Below, piece by piece: positions 24,967 through 34,397 of a stretch of 64,000 nucleotides of DNA. This stretch comes from an uncultured Opitutaceae bacterium. GTDB taxonomy: Bacteria > Verrucomicrobiota > Verrucomicrobiia > Opitutales > Opitutaceae. Where the stretch lies: assembly GCA_903952145.1 (NCBI GenBank), contig CAJBES010000242.1:1516-65515 (forward strand), read 5' to 3'. The translations under genes were made by a program, and so were the position numbers. Below the pieces are notes generated by a model that saw nothing but the letters and a program-made list of their open reading frames with translations, was not told where the DNA came from and searched no databases. The first letter of the stretch is position 1. Each line of letters starts with the position of its first letter.

Positions 24967-25983
24967 ATGAAACGACAAGGCATAGCAGAAGCCCTTCGCG
25001 ATGGCATCGCCGAGGAAATGACCCGCGACGAACGCGTATTTTGCATCGGCGAGGACATCGGCGTCCCCGGCGGCTGGGGCGGGGCATTCACCGTCACGCT
25101 CGGGCTGGCCGAGAAATTCCCCGGCCGCATCATCGACACGCCCATCGCAGAACTCGGCTTCACCGGCATGGCCGTTGGCGCCGCAATGATGGGCATGCGC
25201 CCCATCGCCGACATGCAATACGGCGACTTCCTCTTCCTCGCGAGCGACCAGCTGATCAACAACGCTGCCAAGATGCGCTACATGTCCGGCGGCACCGTCA
25301 AGGTCCCACTGGTCATGCGTGCACCCATCGGCGCCACCGGCCGCGGGTCGCAACACGCGCAGAGCATGGAGCGTTATTTCACCGGCGTGCCCGGGCTCAA
25401 GGTCGTCGCCGTCTCCACGGCCTACGACGCCAAGGGCATGCTCAAGGCCGCCGTGCGCGATGATAACCCCGTGATGATTTTCGAGCACAAGCTCCTCTAT
25501 GGCTCGAAGGGTGCGCGCGCCGAACCCGGCGCCGTCGACGCGACCAGTGACATTCCCGACGGCGACTACATTGTCCCGCTGGACCGCGCCGCAGTGCGCC
25601 GTCCGGGCTCCCAGGTCACGGTGCTGGGCTGGCTGCTCATGGCCCATTTCGCGGCCGCCGCGGCCGAGCAGCTGGCCGCGGAGGGGATCAGCGCCGAGGT
25701 CATCGACGTGCGCAGCCTTTCGCCCATCGATTACGAGACCATTGGTGAATCCGTGCGCAAGACCGGCCGGGTCGTCATCGTCGAGGAAGGACCCAAGACC
25801 GGCGGCGTGAGCGCCGAAATCTGCGCCGGGATCATGGAGCGCTTCGGCGATTACCTGCAGGCGCCGGTCATCCGCGTAGCCTCCGCCGACGTGCCGGTGC
25901 CGTTCACGCCCATCCTGGAGAACGCCTACCGGCCGGACGCCGCGCGCATCGCCCAAGCCTGCCGCGATCTCATCGGCCGCTGA
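24967..25983 (+). CDS. E1 component, beta subunit (transketolase-like pyrimidine-binding plus C-terminal domain)
   Basis: MKRQGIAEALRDGIAEEMTRDERVFCIGEDIG...RIIDTPIAELGFTGMAVGAAMMGMRPI...QHAQSMERYFTGVPGLKVVAVSTAYDAKGMLKAAVRDDNPVMIFEHKLLY. Confidence 0.9.
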   Translation: MKRQGIAEALRDGIAEEMTRDERVFCIGEDIGVPGGWGGAFTVTLGLAEKFPGRIIDTPIAELGFTGMAVGAAMMGMRPIADMQYGDFLFLASDQLINNAAKMRYMSGGTVKVPLVMRAPIGATGRGSQHAQSMERYFTGVPGLKVVAVSTAYDAKGMLKAAVRDDNPVMIFEHKLLYGSKGARAEPGAVDATSDIPDGDYIVPLDRAAVRRPGSQVTVLGWLLMAHFAAAAAEQLAAEGISAEVIDVRSLSPIDYETIGESVRKTGRVVIVEEGPKTGGVSAEICAGIMERFGDYLQAPVIRVASADVPVPFTPILENAYRPDAARIAQACRDLIGR

Positions 25984-26015
25984 CCAGGCCACCGCTTTTC
26001 AACCCAACCCCCAAC

Positions 26016-26564
26016 ATGATCACCGCCCAGCAACAGGACACCTACCGCCGGCAGGCCAGGGAATATTTTTCCACCCGCGCCGGCCTGATCATCACCACTG
26101 AGGAAAAGAACCGGATTGAAATCGCCGATTTCGGCCTCGGCGACTTTGAGCACACCGGCCTCGCCGTGCTGGTCTACGTCAACACCGAGCGCTGCTGCGC
26201 CAAGGAACTCGCGATGCTCCCACGCCAGACCTGTCCCGAACATGTGCACCCGCCCGTCGGCGCCGATCCCGGCAAGGAGGAGACCTTCCGCTGCCGCTGG
26301 GGCCGGGTCTACCTGTACATAGAGGGCCCGGCACCGGAGCGCGTGTCCGTGTGGCCCCCGGCCGGCCGGGAAAAAACCTACACCGTGTGGCACGAGGTCG
26401 AGCTGAATCCCGGCGACCAGTACACGCTGCGCCCGGGCCTGAAGCATTGGTTCCAAGCCGGGGCCGAAGGGGCCGTGGTCTCGGAATTTTCCACGCACAG
26501 CACGGACGAGCACGACATCTTCACGGACCCGGAAATCCAGCGCTTCACCAAACTAAAACCCTAG
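26016..26564 (+). CDS. D-lyxose/D-mannose-family cupin sugar isomerase
   Basis: 182 aa. AKELAMLPRQTCPEHVHPP...KEETFRCRWGRVYLY...LRPGLKHWFQAGAEGAVVSEFSTHSTDEHDIFTDPEI matches my recollection of the YdaE / E. coli O157 z5688 type lyxose isomerases. Confidence 0.8.
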   Translation: MITAQQQDTYRRQAREYFSTRAGLIITTEEKNRIEIADFGLGDFEHTGLAVLVYVNTERCCAKELAMLPRQTCPEHVHPPVGADPGKEETFRCRWGRVYLYIEGPAPERVSVWPPAGREKTYTVWHEVELNPGDQYTLRPGLKHWFQAGAEGAVVSEFSTHSTDEHDIFTDPEIQRFTKLKP

Positions 26565-26602
26565 GCAGGAGCCTGTTGGCAGGCGATGGCTTGGTTTCGA
26601 CC

Positions 26603-26638
26603 TGTAGGGCTGGACCAAGGTCAAGCCCTACATTTTTT
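26603..26638 (+). terminator. rho-independent terminator built from a GTAG-headed REP-like hairpin
   Basis: TGTAGGGC (26603-10) ... GCCCTACA (26625-32) followed by TTTTTT (26633-38), 39 nt after the isomerase stop. Confidence 0.6.
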
Positions 26639-26754
26639 CCAACGCCTGCAAGCAGGCTCCTACCCATCCAATTTTTAATTTCTACTTGTAGTAAAGCTGC
26701 GCCGAAGAATCCACTTGGAGAACGGGCGGCCATGATTGATCCTCTGCGGGCCCC

Positions 26755-27798
26755 ATGGAAAAGCACGTGACGTTACGCGACCTCGCCAAGGTGACCGGTG
26801 TACACTTCACCACGGTGGGGCTTGCGCTGCGCAACGATCCGCATGTGAACCAGGTAACTGCGGAACGGGTCCGGGAAACCGCCCGGAAGCTGGGCTACAA
26901 GCACAACGCCATGCTGTCGGCGCTCTCCTCCTACCGCCGCGGTGAAAGCCGCCGGTTCGCCGGCGTGCTCGCCTACGTGCTGAATTACGATCCCGCCCTG
27001 TATCAGGGTAACCTGGCCGAGGCGACCCTGCGCAGCTCGGTGATCGCCTATGCCGAGGCCCAAGGGTTTTCCCTTGAAAGCTTCCATGTCACCGATCCCG
27101 GGATGACCGGCCGGCAACTCAGCCGGATTTTGCGCGCCCGCGGCATCCGGGGTGTGATGCTGCCGCCCCGATTACCCGTGCCAGGGCCGATCTCCGATCT
27201 CGAATGGGCGCACTTCTCCACCGTGGCGGTGGGCTATTCCATCACGAACGTCGCCGCGCACCGTGTAACCATCCACCATGCCTACAACATGCGGCTGTGC
27301 CTGCGGAAACTGCGGGAACGGGGTTACAAGCGCATCGGCCTGGTGCTGCACCAGGATTTTTCCGAGCGCAGCCTCGGCATCATGCTCGGGGCCTATCTGG
27401 CCGAACAATACTCGCAGCCCGCCGCCAACAACGTGCCACCACTTTACGCCAAGGCCGTGACCAAGCAGGCTCTGAGCCGGTGGTTGAAGACTCAGCGTGT
27501 CGACTGCGTCGTCCTGCCCGGCTATCCGCTCGATATCTACGACTGGATCAAGGAACGCGGCTACGCCGTGCCCGAGGAGATGGGCATCGCGCTGATCTCC
27601 CGGTTCGGTCAGTCCGATCACATTGCGGGCATCGACGAGCAGAATGACTTGCTCGGCATCACAGCCGGCAAGTGCCTCGTCTCGCTGCTCCAGCACAACG
27701 AACTCGGCCTCCCTGAATACCCGGTCTACACGATGGTCGAGGGCCGTTGGGTGGACCGGCCCACAGTGCGCGCCGTCGCGGCACCCCAGCCAGCCTGA
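26755..27798 (+). CDS. LacI-family transcriptional regulator (paralog of 7108..8145)
   Basis: VTLRDLAKVTGVHFTTVGLALRNDPHVNQVTAERVRETARKLGY. Colinear similarity to the other LacI over the full length, e.g. LEWAHFSTVAVGYSITN versus LEWEYFSPVAMGFSITN. Confidence 0.9.
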   Translation: MEKHVTLRDLAKVTGVHFTTVGLALRNDPHVNQVTAERVRETARKLGYKHNAMLSALSSYRRGESRRFAGVLAYVLNYDPALYQGNLAEATLRSSVIAYAEAQGFSLESFHVTDPGMTGRQLSRILRARGIRGVMLPPRLPVPGPISDLEWAHFSTVAVGYSITNVAAHRVTIHHAYNMRLCLRKLRERGYKRIGLVLHQDFSERSLGIMLGAYLAEQYSQPAANNVPPLYAKAVTKQALSRWLKTQRVDCVVLPGYPLDIYDWIKERGYAVPEEMGIALISRFGQSDHIAGIDEQNDLLGITAGKCLVSLLQHNELGLPEYPVYTMVEGRWVDRPTVRAVAAPQPA

Positions 27799-29292
27799 TC
27801 AGGCCTCGAAGGCCGCGGTGTAGGCGACAACGTTGCGGCCGGAAATCTTGAGGCGGATATATTTGCCCTTGAGCGCGTCGAGGTTCGCGTGGTTTTTCCA
27901 CACGATCTCCTGATGCTGACTGTCACCGGTGACGGGCACGCTATCCGCCGTAGTGAACCCCTCGTACTCGGTGCCGTAGCCCGGACGCTTGACCGTAACG
28001 GTCACCTCGCCGCGGCAGACGAAGTTAAGGAAGAGACGGCCACCGGGGCACTTGAAGGGCAGCGTGACAAAGTAGCCGTCGTGCTCGGTCTGCTGGCCGA
28101 TGAGTCGATCCTTCCGGAAGGTGGCATACGCCAGCGAGGGACGCTGCGCGGGGTTGCCGCCGGTATCGGCCGCGTCGTGCCGGTCGGCCGAGGCGTAGTA
28201 GTAATAGCGGTATTCCTCTCCGACCAGAATCGGCTCCGCCAACCCGACATAAGCCCCGCCGCTGTCGTAGGTGCCCGGTGCGCCGGGGGACAGAAGATGC
28301 GGGCGCGACGGCATCCGCCGCCAGTTGATGTTGTCCCCACTCTCGATCAATTCGACCCAAGTCGTCTGCGTGGAGAGATCGTAAAGGTTGAGGAAACCCA
28401 GCGTGCGACCGCCCAGCGTGAAGGTGGACTGGTTGTAGAAATTGGTGCCCTCATTGTCGCCGTGGTCGGGCGTGAAGATCCACTGCGGCTCGGTCCAGTT
28501 CTTGAAGTCGTCGCTGTAGGTGAGCATCCGGCTGCGGTTGCCGGCATGCCGTTCCTTCAGGAAGGCGAAGTACCGGCCTGTGCGCTTGTCCTGCCAGATC
28601 GACGAGGCATCCTGCGAAGGCAGCACGGTGCCGGTGAACGTCCAGTGCAGGCCGTCCGGCGACACGAACAGGCAGACCCCGGTGAGATCGTTGTCCTTCG
28701 TGTCGATGTGAAACATGGACATCTTGTAGCGCCGCGCCGGGTCCCGCTCGATCATGTCCTCGATCACCGTGCTGGCATCATTGTAGTAGGAAGCCCACGT
28801 CAGGATGATGTTGTTGCCGGGAAACTTGTCCTGGAAATGCAGGTTCAGCGCGGGGCGGCGCCACGTCAGGCCGTCGTCGGACTCGGCGTAGCACACGACG
28901 CAGTGGTTTTTTCCCTGCATGGAATTGTCCACCAGCACGGCGCCCTCCTGCGCCCCGGGAAAATCCGTGTTGTAGAAAAACTTGAATTTCCCGTCCACCT
29001 GCGAGCGGATGACGCTGCCCCAGTTGATCCCGCCGCCGCCCTCCCAGGGCATCTGCGCGGTCATGACCGGATTCCCCGCCGGCTTTTTCAGCAGCTCGAA
29101 GCGGTCGTAGCAGTTCTTCTGCTCCGTGATGTTGCCGGGGCTGAAAAGCACCTCGCGCAACACGCCCCTGGCCGGAACCGCCGCGGCCGGCGCCGCCGGT
29201 TCACCCGCCGCCGTGAGATTGAAATTCGCCAGCGGCAGCGCGGCGGCCAGCAACGAGGTGTTCTGCAGGAAGGTGCGGCGGGTGGATTTCAT
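27799..29292 (-). CDS. Tat-exported glycoside-hydrolase-like beta-propeller protein (GH32/43/130-like fold; family uncertain)
   Basis: Twin-arginine signal MKSTRRTFLQNTSLLAAALP. Repeated blade-like segments: DDGLTWRRP, SPDGLHWTF, SDDFKNWTEP, SGDNINWRRM. Confidence 0.65.
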   Translation of the reverse strand: MKSTRRTFLQNTSLLAAALPLANFNLTAAGEPAAPAAAVPARGVLREVLFSPGNITEQKNCYDRFELLKKPAGNPVMTAQMPWEGGGGINWGSVIRSQVDGKFKFFYNTDFPGAQEGAVLVDNSMQGKNHCVVCYAESDDGLTWRRPALNLHFQDKFPGNNIILTWASYYNDASTVIEDMIERDPARRYKMSMFHIDTKDNDLTGVCLFVSPDGLHWTFTGTVLPSQDASSIWQDKRTGRYFAFLKERHAGNRSRMLTYSDDFKNWTEPQWIFTPDHGDNEGTNFYNQSTFTLGGRTLGFLNLYDLSTQTTWVELIESGDNINWRRMPSRPHLLSPGAPGTYDSGGAYVGLAEPILVGEEYRYYYYASADRHDAADTGGNPAQRPSLAYATFRKDRLIGQQTEHDGYFVTLPFKCPGGRLFLNFVCRGEVTVTVKRPGYGTEYEGFTTADSVPVTGDSQHQEIVWKNHANLDALKGKYIRLKISGRNVVAYTAAFEA

Positions 29293-29301
29293 GGCTGGGC
29301 G

Positions 29302-30294
29302 TTACAAGTGTTTGGCGCGATGGGCCGCGTAGGCCGCGTGCAATTCATCGGTGCCGGGCGCGCCGATGTTCACTAGGCTGCTGCGCTTGTTCATCAGGCC
29401 CTGATATTGGTAGATGATGAGCTTGTCGGCAATCGGCGCCGCGACGCCCATCTGCCGCTCCAGCCGCTCGAACTCGCAGGGCGTGCAGATGCGGCGCCCG
29501 TCGGGACGCTTCTCGGTGTACTCGAAGACCTCGCAATTCACCCACATCTGCTGGCCGAGCTTCTCATGGAGCGGCTTGATGAGGCCGTAGCCCTCGGCGG
29601 CCACGTAGAAATTGAGGTTCTTGTACACCTTCTCGAATCCGGCGTGATCCTGGTAGGCGAAGATGTCGACGTTCAGCTGCTCCAGCTGCCGCTGCAGCGG
29701 GTCCAGTTGCTCGGGGCGCGGCTTCTTCAGATTGGCCGGGGACATCATGAGCTTCGCGTCCCCCACGCGCTCCCGGATGCTCTTTACGAAGCGCGAGGTC
29801 TTGTCGCAGTCCTCCTGCGCAAACAGCCCGCCCTCCTTGATGCCGTGCGCCTCAGCGGTGATGTAGAAGCCCTGCAGCGCCTTGTAGCCGCCGTATTTCT
29901 CGCGGAGGTCCTCCGCCATGGCGCCAAGCCAGGCGTCGTGTTCGGGCGGCACGTCGGGATTGGCGTTGAGCGAATAGCGGCCGAACGCGCCCAGGCCCAG
30001 GTAGACCCCCATGCCGCGCCGGTCGGCGGCGCGCACAATGGCGCCCACGGGATCCGCACACGGCATCGGCAACTGGATCCCCACGGTCTGGCGGTTCGCG
30101 GGATAGAGCGGCCGGCCCCAGATGGCGCAATTGAGGATGATCACGGTATCGAGCCCGATCCCGTGCATTTGCCCCACGATGGCGTCCCAGTTCTCGTCGC
30201 GCCATTCGCGGCACTCGTCCACCCAGTATTGAGCGTCCCAGTTGTTGACATGCTGGATGTCGATGAAGCTGCCGGAGATGAATGGCTTTATCAT
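29302..30294 (-). CDS. DUF4434-domain protein (TIM-barrel glycosidase-like)
   Basis: Start taken at MIKPFISGSFIDIQHVNNWDAQYWVDECREWRDENWDAIVGQMHGIGLDTVIIL (cat 30292-94). The listed 463-aa ORF extends upstream into the MFS gene and has an Arg/Pro-rich, shadow-like composition. Confidence 0.75.
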   Translation of the reverse strand: MIKPFISGSFIDIQHVNNWDAQYWVDECREWRDENWDAIVGQMHGIGLDTVIILNCAIWGRPLYPANRQTVGIQLPMPCADPVGAIVRAADRRGMGVYLGLGAFGRYSLNANPDVPPEHDAWLGAMAEDLREKYGGYKALQGFYITAEAHGIKEGGLFAQEDCDKTSRFVKSIRERVGDAKLMMSPANLKKPRPEQLDPLQRQLEQLNVDIFAYQDHAGFEKVYKNLNFYVAAEGYGLIKPLHEKLGQQMWVNCEVFEYTEKRPDGRRICTPCEFERLERQMGVAAPIADKLIIYQYQGLMNKRSSLVNIGAPGTDELHAAYAAHRAKHL

Positions 30295-31541
30295 GGTGAA
30301 ATCGGAGTGGCGGCGGACTCGTCCCGCGGCCGGACCAACAGGAGCATCGCCGCGCACAGCACCATGCCAGCGGCGCCGGCCATGAACAGGAGGCTGACAT
30401 CGATTTGGGCGTCGCGCAACGCCCCGCCCGCATAAGTGGTGAACCCGCCGACGGCACAGGCAAAGAGGTTCAGCACCCCGAAGCCGGTCGCAATGTAGCG
30501 CGGATCCAGAATCAGGCAGAGGATCGGCATCATCTCGGCACTGGCGAAGGCGATGGTCAGTCCGTAGAGCACAAGCCCGACGATCGCCACCGGCAGCACG
30601 GACGTGGTTGATACCAGCAGGATCGCGGGAACCGAAAGGGCCAGGCCGATGGCCGTGACATGGAGGCAAGCGCGGCGGTTCGTGCGGCTCCACCGGTCAG
30701 ACCAGGCTCCGCCGACCGCGAGTCCGATCAGTGACGCCACGTTCACATACACGGTGGCGATGAGTCCGGCCTCGCCCTGCGGCAGCTTAAAATGCTCCTG
30801 CAAGTAGGTGGGCATCCAGCCGATCACCATCCAGGCGGCGACGCCCAAAAGGCCCCAGTAGATGAAGGCCAAGATGAAGGAACGGCTGCCAAACAGGCTC
30901 CTGATCGCCGCACCCATGCGGACGCCCGAGATCGCGGTGGCGACCGAGGCCGCCGCACCGGTGCGCTGGGGTGCATCCCGCAGCAGGGCGAGCAGCACCA
31001 CGGCAAAGCTTATGCCGACCAGGCCGAAGAGCGAGAAGGCAAGGCTCCAATGGTGCCGTTCGGCGATCCAGCCGCCCAAACCGCCCATCGCTCCGCCAAT
31101 CATCACGCCGCCCAGCAGGATGCCCGTGGCCAGCGAACGCGTGGTTCCCCGGTGGTAGTCGGCCACGAGCGCGAGCGCCGCCGGCAGAAAACAGGCTTCG
31201 CTGATGCCCATCAGCAGCCGCGTCGCCAGCAGCTGCTCATAAGTCTTCGCATGCGCGGTCAGCCAGGTGATCAGCGACCAAACGAACAGGCTCCCGATGA
31301 TGACGCGCGAACGGTTGAAACGGTCGGCCAGGTAGCCGGCAAACGGACTCAGGACCGCATAAACCACCAGAAAGGCCGTGGTCAGCAAACCGAACTGCGC
31401 CTCGGTCATAGGAATCGATTCCTTCAACGAACTGCGCATGGTCGTGATCATCACGCGGTCGAGATAGTTCAGGCACCCAACCACCCAGAGCAGCCCCACG
31501 ATCAGCCACGCCCGGGCGGGCAGCTTGGTGTCAACGGTCAT
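30291..31541 (-). CDS. MFS transporter (anion:cation symporter-like)
   Basis: 416 aa with 12 predicted TM segments. Motifs: LNYLDRVMITTMRSSL, GYLADRFNRSRV. 4-nt overlap with the downstream DUF4434 gene. Confidence 0.9.
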   Translation of the reverse strand: MTVDTKLPARAWLIVGLLWVVGCLNYLDRVMITTMRSSLKESIPMTEAQFGLLTTAFLVVYAVLSPFAGYLADRFNRSRVIIGSLFVWSLITWLTAHAKTYEQLLATRLLMGISEACFLPAALALVADYHRGTTRSLATGILLGGVMIGGAMGGLGGWIAERHHWSLAFSLFGLVGISFAVVLLALLRDAPQRTGAAASVATAISGVRMGAAIRSLFGSRSFILAFIYWGLLGVAAWMVIGWMPTYLQEHFKLPQGEAGLIATVYVNVASLIGLAVGGAWSDRWSRTNRRACLHVTAIGLALSVPAILLVSTTSVLPVAIVGLVLYGLTIAFASAEMMPILCLILDPRYIATGFGVLNLFACAVGGFTTYAGGALRDAQIDVSLLFMAGAAGMVLCAAMLLLVRPRDESAATPISP

Positions 31542-31717
31542 GGTGTGATGGAAGTGTGGATTGCGGCATCATCCCTGCAGAGGTGGAGAGGGAATGGGTG
31601 GACGCTCGGACCAGAGGCTTGATTGCGCCATGCTTTCAGGTTTGGGCGACGGCGGAAACCATGGATTTATTCCAGCAGTAGCCTAATCGGAAAATTCGAC
31701 GACGCCTTGGGCCTGTG

Positions 31718-31747
31718 AAAAGGGGCCACGCCGCGTGGCGTGGCCCC
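31718..31747 (-). terminator. rho-independent terminator of the TonB-dependent receptor gene
   Basis: GGGGCCACGC (31722-31) / GCGTGGCCCC (31738-47), a 10-bp stem with a 6-nt loop. On the minus strand it is followed by TTTT (plus-strand aaaa 31718-21). It lies 34 nt after the stop. Confidence 0.7.
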
Positions 31748-31780
31748 GGAAACCTGCAAACCAGCCATCCGAACGGGCTG

Positions 31781-34282
31781 CTACAATTTGAACCCAACCG
31801 AAATCCGGACCTCAAGGCCGTCGCTTCGGGTCAGATCGTTGATCGTATCAGTGATGTTGATCAGGTTGAGCGTGATCTCGGTCGGCGTGTTCCTGAACTT
31901 GGTGCGATAGGTGCCGAACAAGTCGATGATGGTTTCCGCCGGCACGATGAGATCCATGGTCGGACTGTCGGTCATATTGTATTCGGCGGAATACCTGATG
32001 GCGCTGCCCACGCTGACGTTATTAAGGAAGCCGCTGGTGAAGTTGTACTTCGTGATCAGGTTGGTCTTCCACAGCGGATTCTTCTGCGGGCGGCGCAGGA
32101 GCGCCTTGATGTAAGTGGTCAGATACGGCTTGCTCAAATCAAGCGCCGGATCGCTGACCACCTTGGCCTCGTATTCGTAGTTGAAATTCAGGATGCCCTG
32201 AAAAATCCGGTTCGGCGTCCAGGCGATGTCACCGTCAATACCCTTCACCTGCACCACACCGCCGTTCTGTCTCCAAGTGACGCGGTTGTTCGGGTTGGGA
32301 TCATTGAGGCGGGGCTCCAGGATGTTCTTGGCGTAGTCGCTCCGGATGATGCCGTCGCGCTGGTCGAAGTAGTGCGAGACGCTGCCGGCGAGCGTGTTGT
32401 CCTTCCAGTTGGTCTTCACGCCAAACTCGGTGCCATTGCCCTTTTCATAGTTGAGCTGCCGCCGGCTCGCCAATTCGGCCGGGGTCATGCCGGGACCCTC
32501 GATGGTGTAGTTGTTGCCGAACACGAAGTTTTGGCCCTTCGAGGCAAAGACCCGGAATCCGGGCACTACTTCATAGACGGCGCCGACGGACCACGTGTCG
32601 TGCGCAAATCCGGTCTGCTTCTGTTTTACCCGGCGGCCACCTATCAGGATGTTGAGCTTGTCCTCCAGAGTCGTGGCCCGATACGTCGCATAGTAGTCCT
32701 TGAAGTCCGCGTTCGAACGCGAGGTCACCCGCGGTGCGCTGCCGATGATCGGCCACATGCTGGGGATGGGTTTGCCGCCGAACGGATCGTACCATTGATA
32801 AACGGCGACGCCGGTCAGCGGGTTGCCCAGCTCGTCCACGCTCGCGGTGGCCTTCGTATAGTCGATCGTGACATTGCCGTTGGTATTCTTTGAACGGCGC
32901 ATTTCCGCGCCGACGAGAACCTGGTGCTTGATGCCGGCCAGCTCCGTGTCGAACACTCCGTCAAGCGTCTGCACGTCCGAATAGGCGGAGCGCACCCCGT
33001 TGGTGGCGGCGTCGATGTACTGCACGTTGAGTGTGGGCACCCGGCCGTCGGCGCGCAGACCGCCGTTGGTGAGGACGAGATGCCGCACGAAATTCGCAGA
33101 GGTTTCCATCCGGGTCCAATGATACTTGAGCGAGAAGTGCTCAATCGGGGTGAACGTCATGCTGGAATCGAAGACCTTCGTCTCGCCGTCCTGGTTGCCC
33201 AGGGAAACCTGCATCTTGTCCCCATCGGGTGAATAGCGGTTCCAATTGATGGTATCACCGGTGAACTGGAAGGGCTGCAGACCGGTCCGCTCCAGCGTGT
33301 CGGCCGTCCAATTCAAGAGGAAGGCGTTCCACTGCAGGTTGCGGCCGTAGCGTTCCCCGACCTTGGCCCGGGCCGCGGCGTCGTCGGCCAGGCCGTATTT
33401 CGTCTTCATGAAGTTGAGGATCGCCGCGCTGGGATTGGTGAGGTCCTGGTAAAATTGCGGGTTGAGTACGAAATCGCGCGCAAACGTGCCGTAGGGAATC
33501 TTCTGCTTGGTGTAGTTGACCTCTGCCTCAAATTGGAATTTCGAGTTGGGCCGGTAGATGAAGGACGGGGCGATGAACATCTCCTGGCGGTCTTGGCCGT
33601 AGACGCGGCCGGTGCGGCTGTAGTACGAGCTGATGAGCCGCCAGGCCATCTTGGGATTAAAGACGCCCTGCATATCCAGCAAGGCCTTGTTGTACTGGAG
33701 CGTGCCGGCGGTCAGCTGCACCGAGGCCGCGGTGGTGAACTGCGGCTTTTTCGTGATGTAGTTGGCCACGCCGTTCGGGGTCGAGTTGCCGTAGAACAGT
33801 CCCTGCGCGCCCTTGGCGATTTCCACGCGGTCGATGTTGTCCATGACCAGGTAGGGAGTCAGTCCGCCGGCGCTGGAGAAGCCCACGCCGTTGAAATACC
33901 GTGGCAGCTGGAACCCGCGCATGGTGACGATACCGCTCTGGCCGACCTCGTTCTCACCCACGGTCACGCTGGCAGAGTAGCGGAAGACGTGATAATCCTC
34001 GGTCACGCCGAAATCCTTGAGCAGTTCGCCCGAAATGACCTCGATCGCCAGCGGTTCGGTGAGGATGGGCACGCCGACGCGCGAAGTGGTGATGGTGCTG
34101 AGCTTGCGGTAGCCGAGATCATTGTCCGCCGAGACATGAAACGGACTGAGGATCACGGGCTCGCTGTTGCTGTTGGGCGCAGCGGCTTGATTGGCCGCGG
34201 TCGTCTGGGCACTGAGCAGGGCAGTTAGGCCGAGCCAGAGGCTGGCGCACACTGCCGCATGCTGGATGGACTTTGTGTTCAT
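31781..34282 (-). CDS. TonB-dependent outer-membrane receptor
   Basis: Signal MNTKSIQHAAVCASLWLGLTALLSAQ. Plug region: LSPFHVSADNDLGYRKLSTITTSRVGVPILTEPLAIEVISGELLKD. An 833-aa beta-barrel pattern runs to the C-terminus. Confidence 0.9.
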   Translation of the reverse strand: MNTKSIQHAAVCASLWLGLTALLSAQTTAANQAAAPNSNSEPVILSPFHVSADNDLGYRKLSTITTSRVGVPILTEPLAIEVISGELLKDFGVTEDYHVFRYSASVTVGENEVGQSGIVTMRGFQLPRYFNGVGFSSAGGLTPYLVMDNIDRVEIAKGAQGLFYGNSTPNGVANYITKKPQFTTAASVQLTAGTLQYNKALLDMQGVFNPKMAWRLISSYYSRTGRVYGQDRQEMFIAPSFIYRPNSKFQFEAEVNYTKQKIPYGTFARDFVLNPQFYQDLTNPSAAILNFMKTKYGLADDAAARAKVGERYGRNLQWNAFLLNWTADTLERTGLQPFQFTGDTINWNRYSPDGDKMQVSLGNQDGETKVFDSSMTFTPIEHFSLKYHWTRMETSANFVRHLVLTNGGLRADGRVPTLNVQYIDAATNGVRSAYSDVQTLDGVFDTELAGIKHQVLVGAEMRRSKNTNGNVTIDYTKATASVDELGNPLTGVAVYQWYDPFGGKPIPSMWPIIGSAPRVTSRSNADFKDYYATYRATTLEDKLNILIGGRRVKQKQTGFAHDTWSVGAVYEVVPGFRVFASKGQNFVFGNNYTIEGPGMTPAELASRRQLNYEKGNGTEFGVKTNWKDNTLAGSVSHYFDQRDGIIRSDYAKNILEPRLNDPNPNNRVTWRQNGGVVQVKGIDGDIAWTPNRIFQGILNFNYEYEAKVVSDPALDLSKPYLTTYIKALLRRPQKNPLWKTNLITKYNFTSGFLNNVSVGSAIRYSAEYNMTDSPTMDLIVPAETIIDLFGTYRTKFRNTPTEITLNLINITDTINDLTRSDGLEVRISVGFKL

Positions 34283-34397
34283 GGTGAGATGATGCGATGG
34301 AACTGAGAAGACGGATGGTGGGGTAAGGCCGTGCGACAGCCGTTCGGACGAGCGACGCTAATGCCCACTCGTGGGCCTGACGGGCAAACAATGCTTA

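Noticed and set aside
30295-30693. N-terminal 133-codon extension of the DUF4434 ORF (listed as 29302..30693)
   Set aside because: The extension overlaps the 3' end of the well-supported MFS gene in another frame and is Arg/Pro/Gly/Cys-rich. The conserved DUF4434 sequence begins at Met 30294, which gives the usual 4-nt operon overlap.
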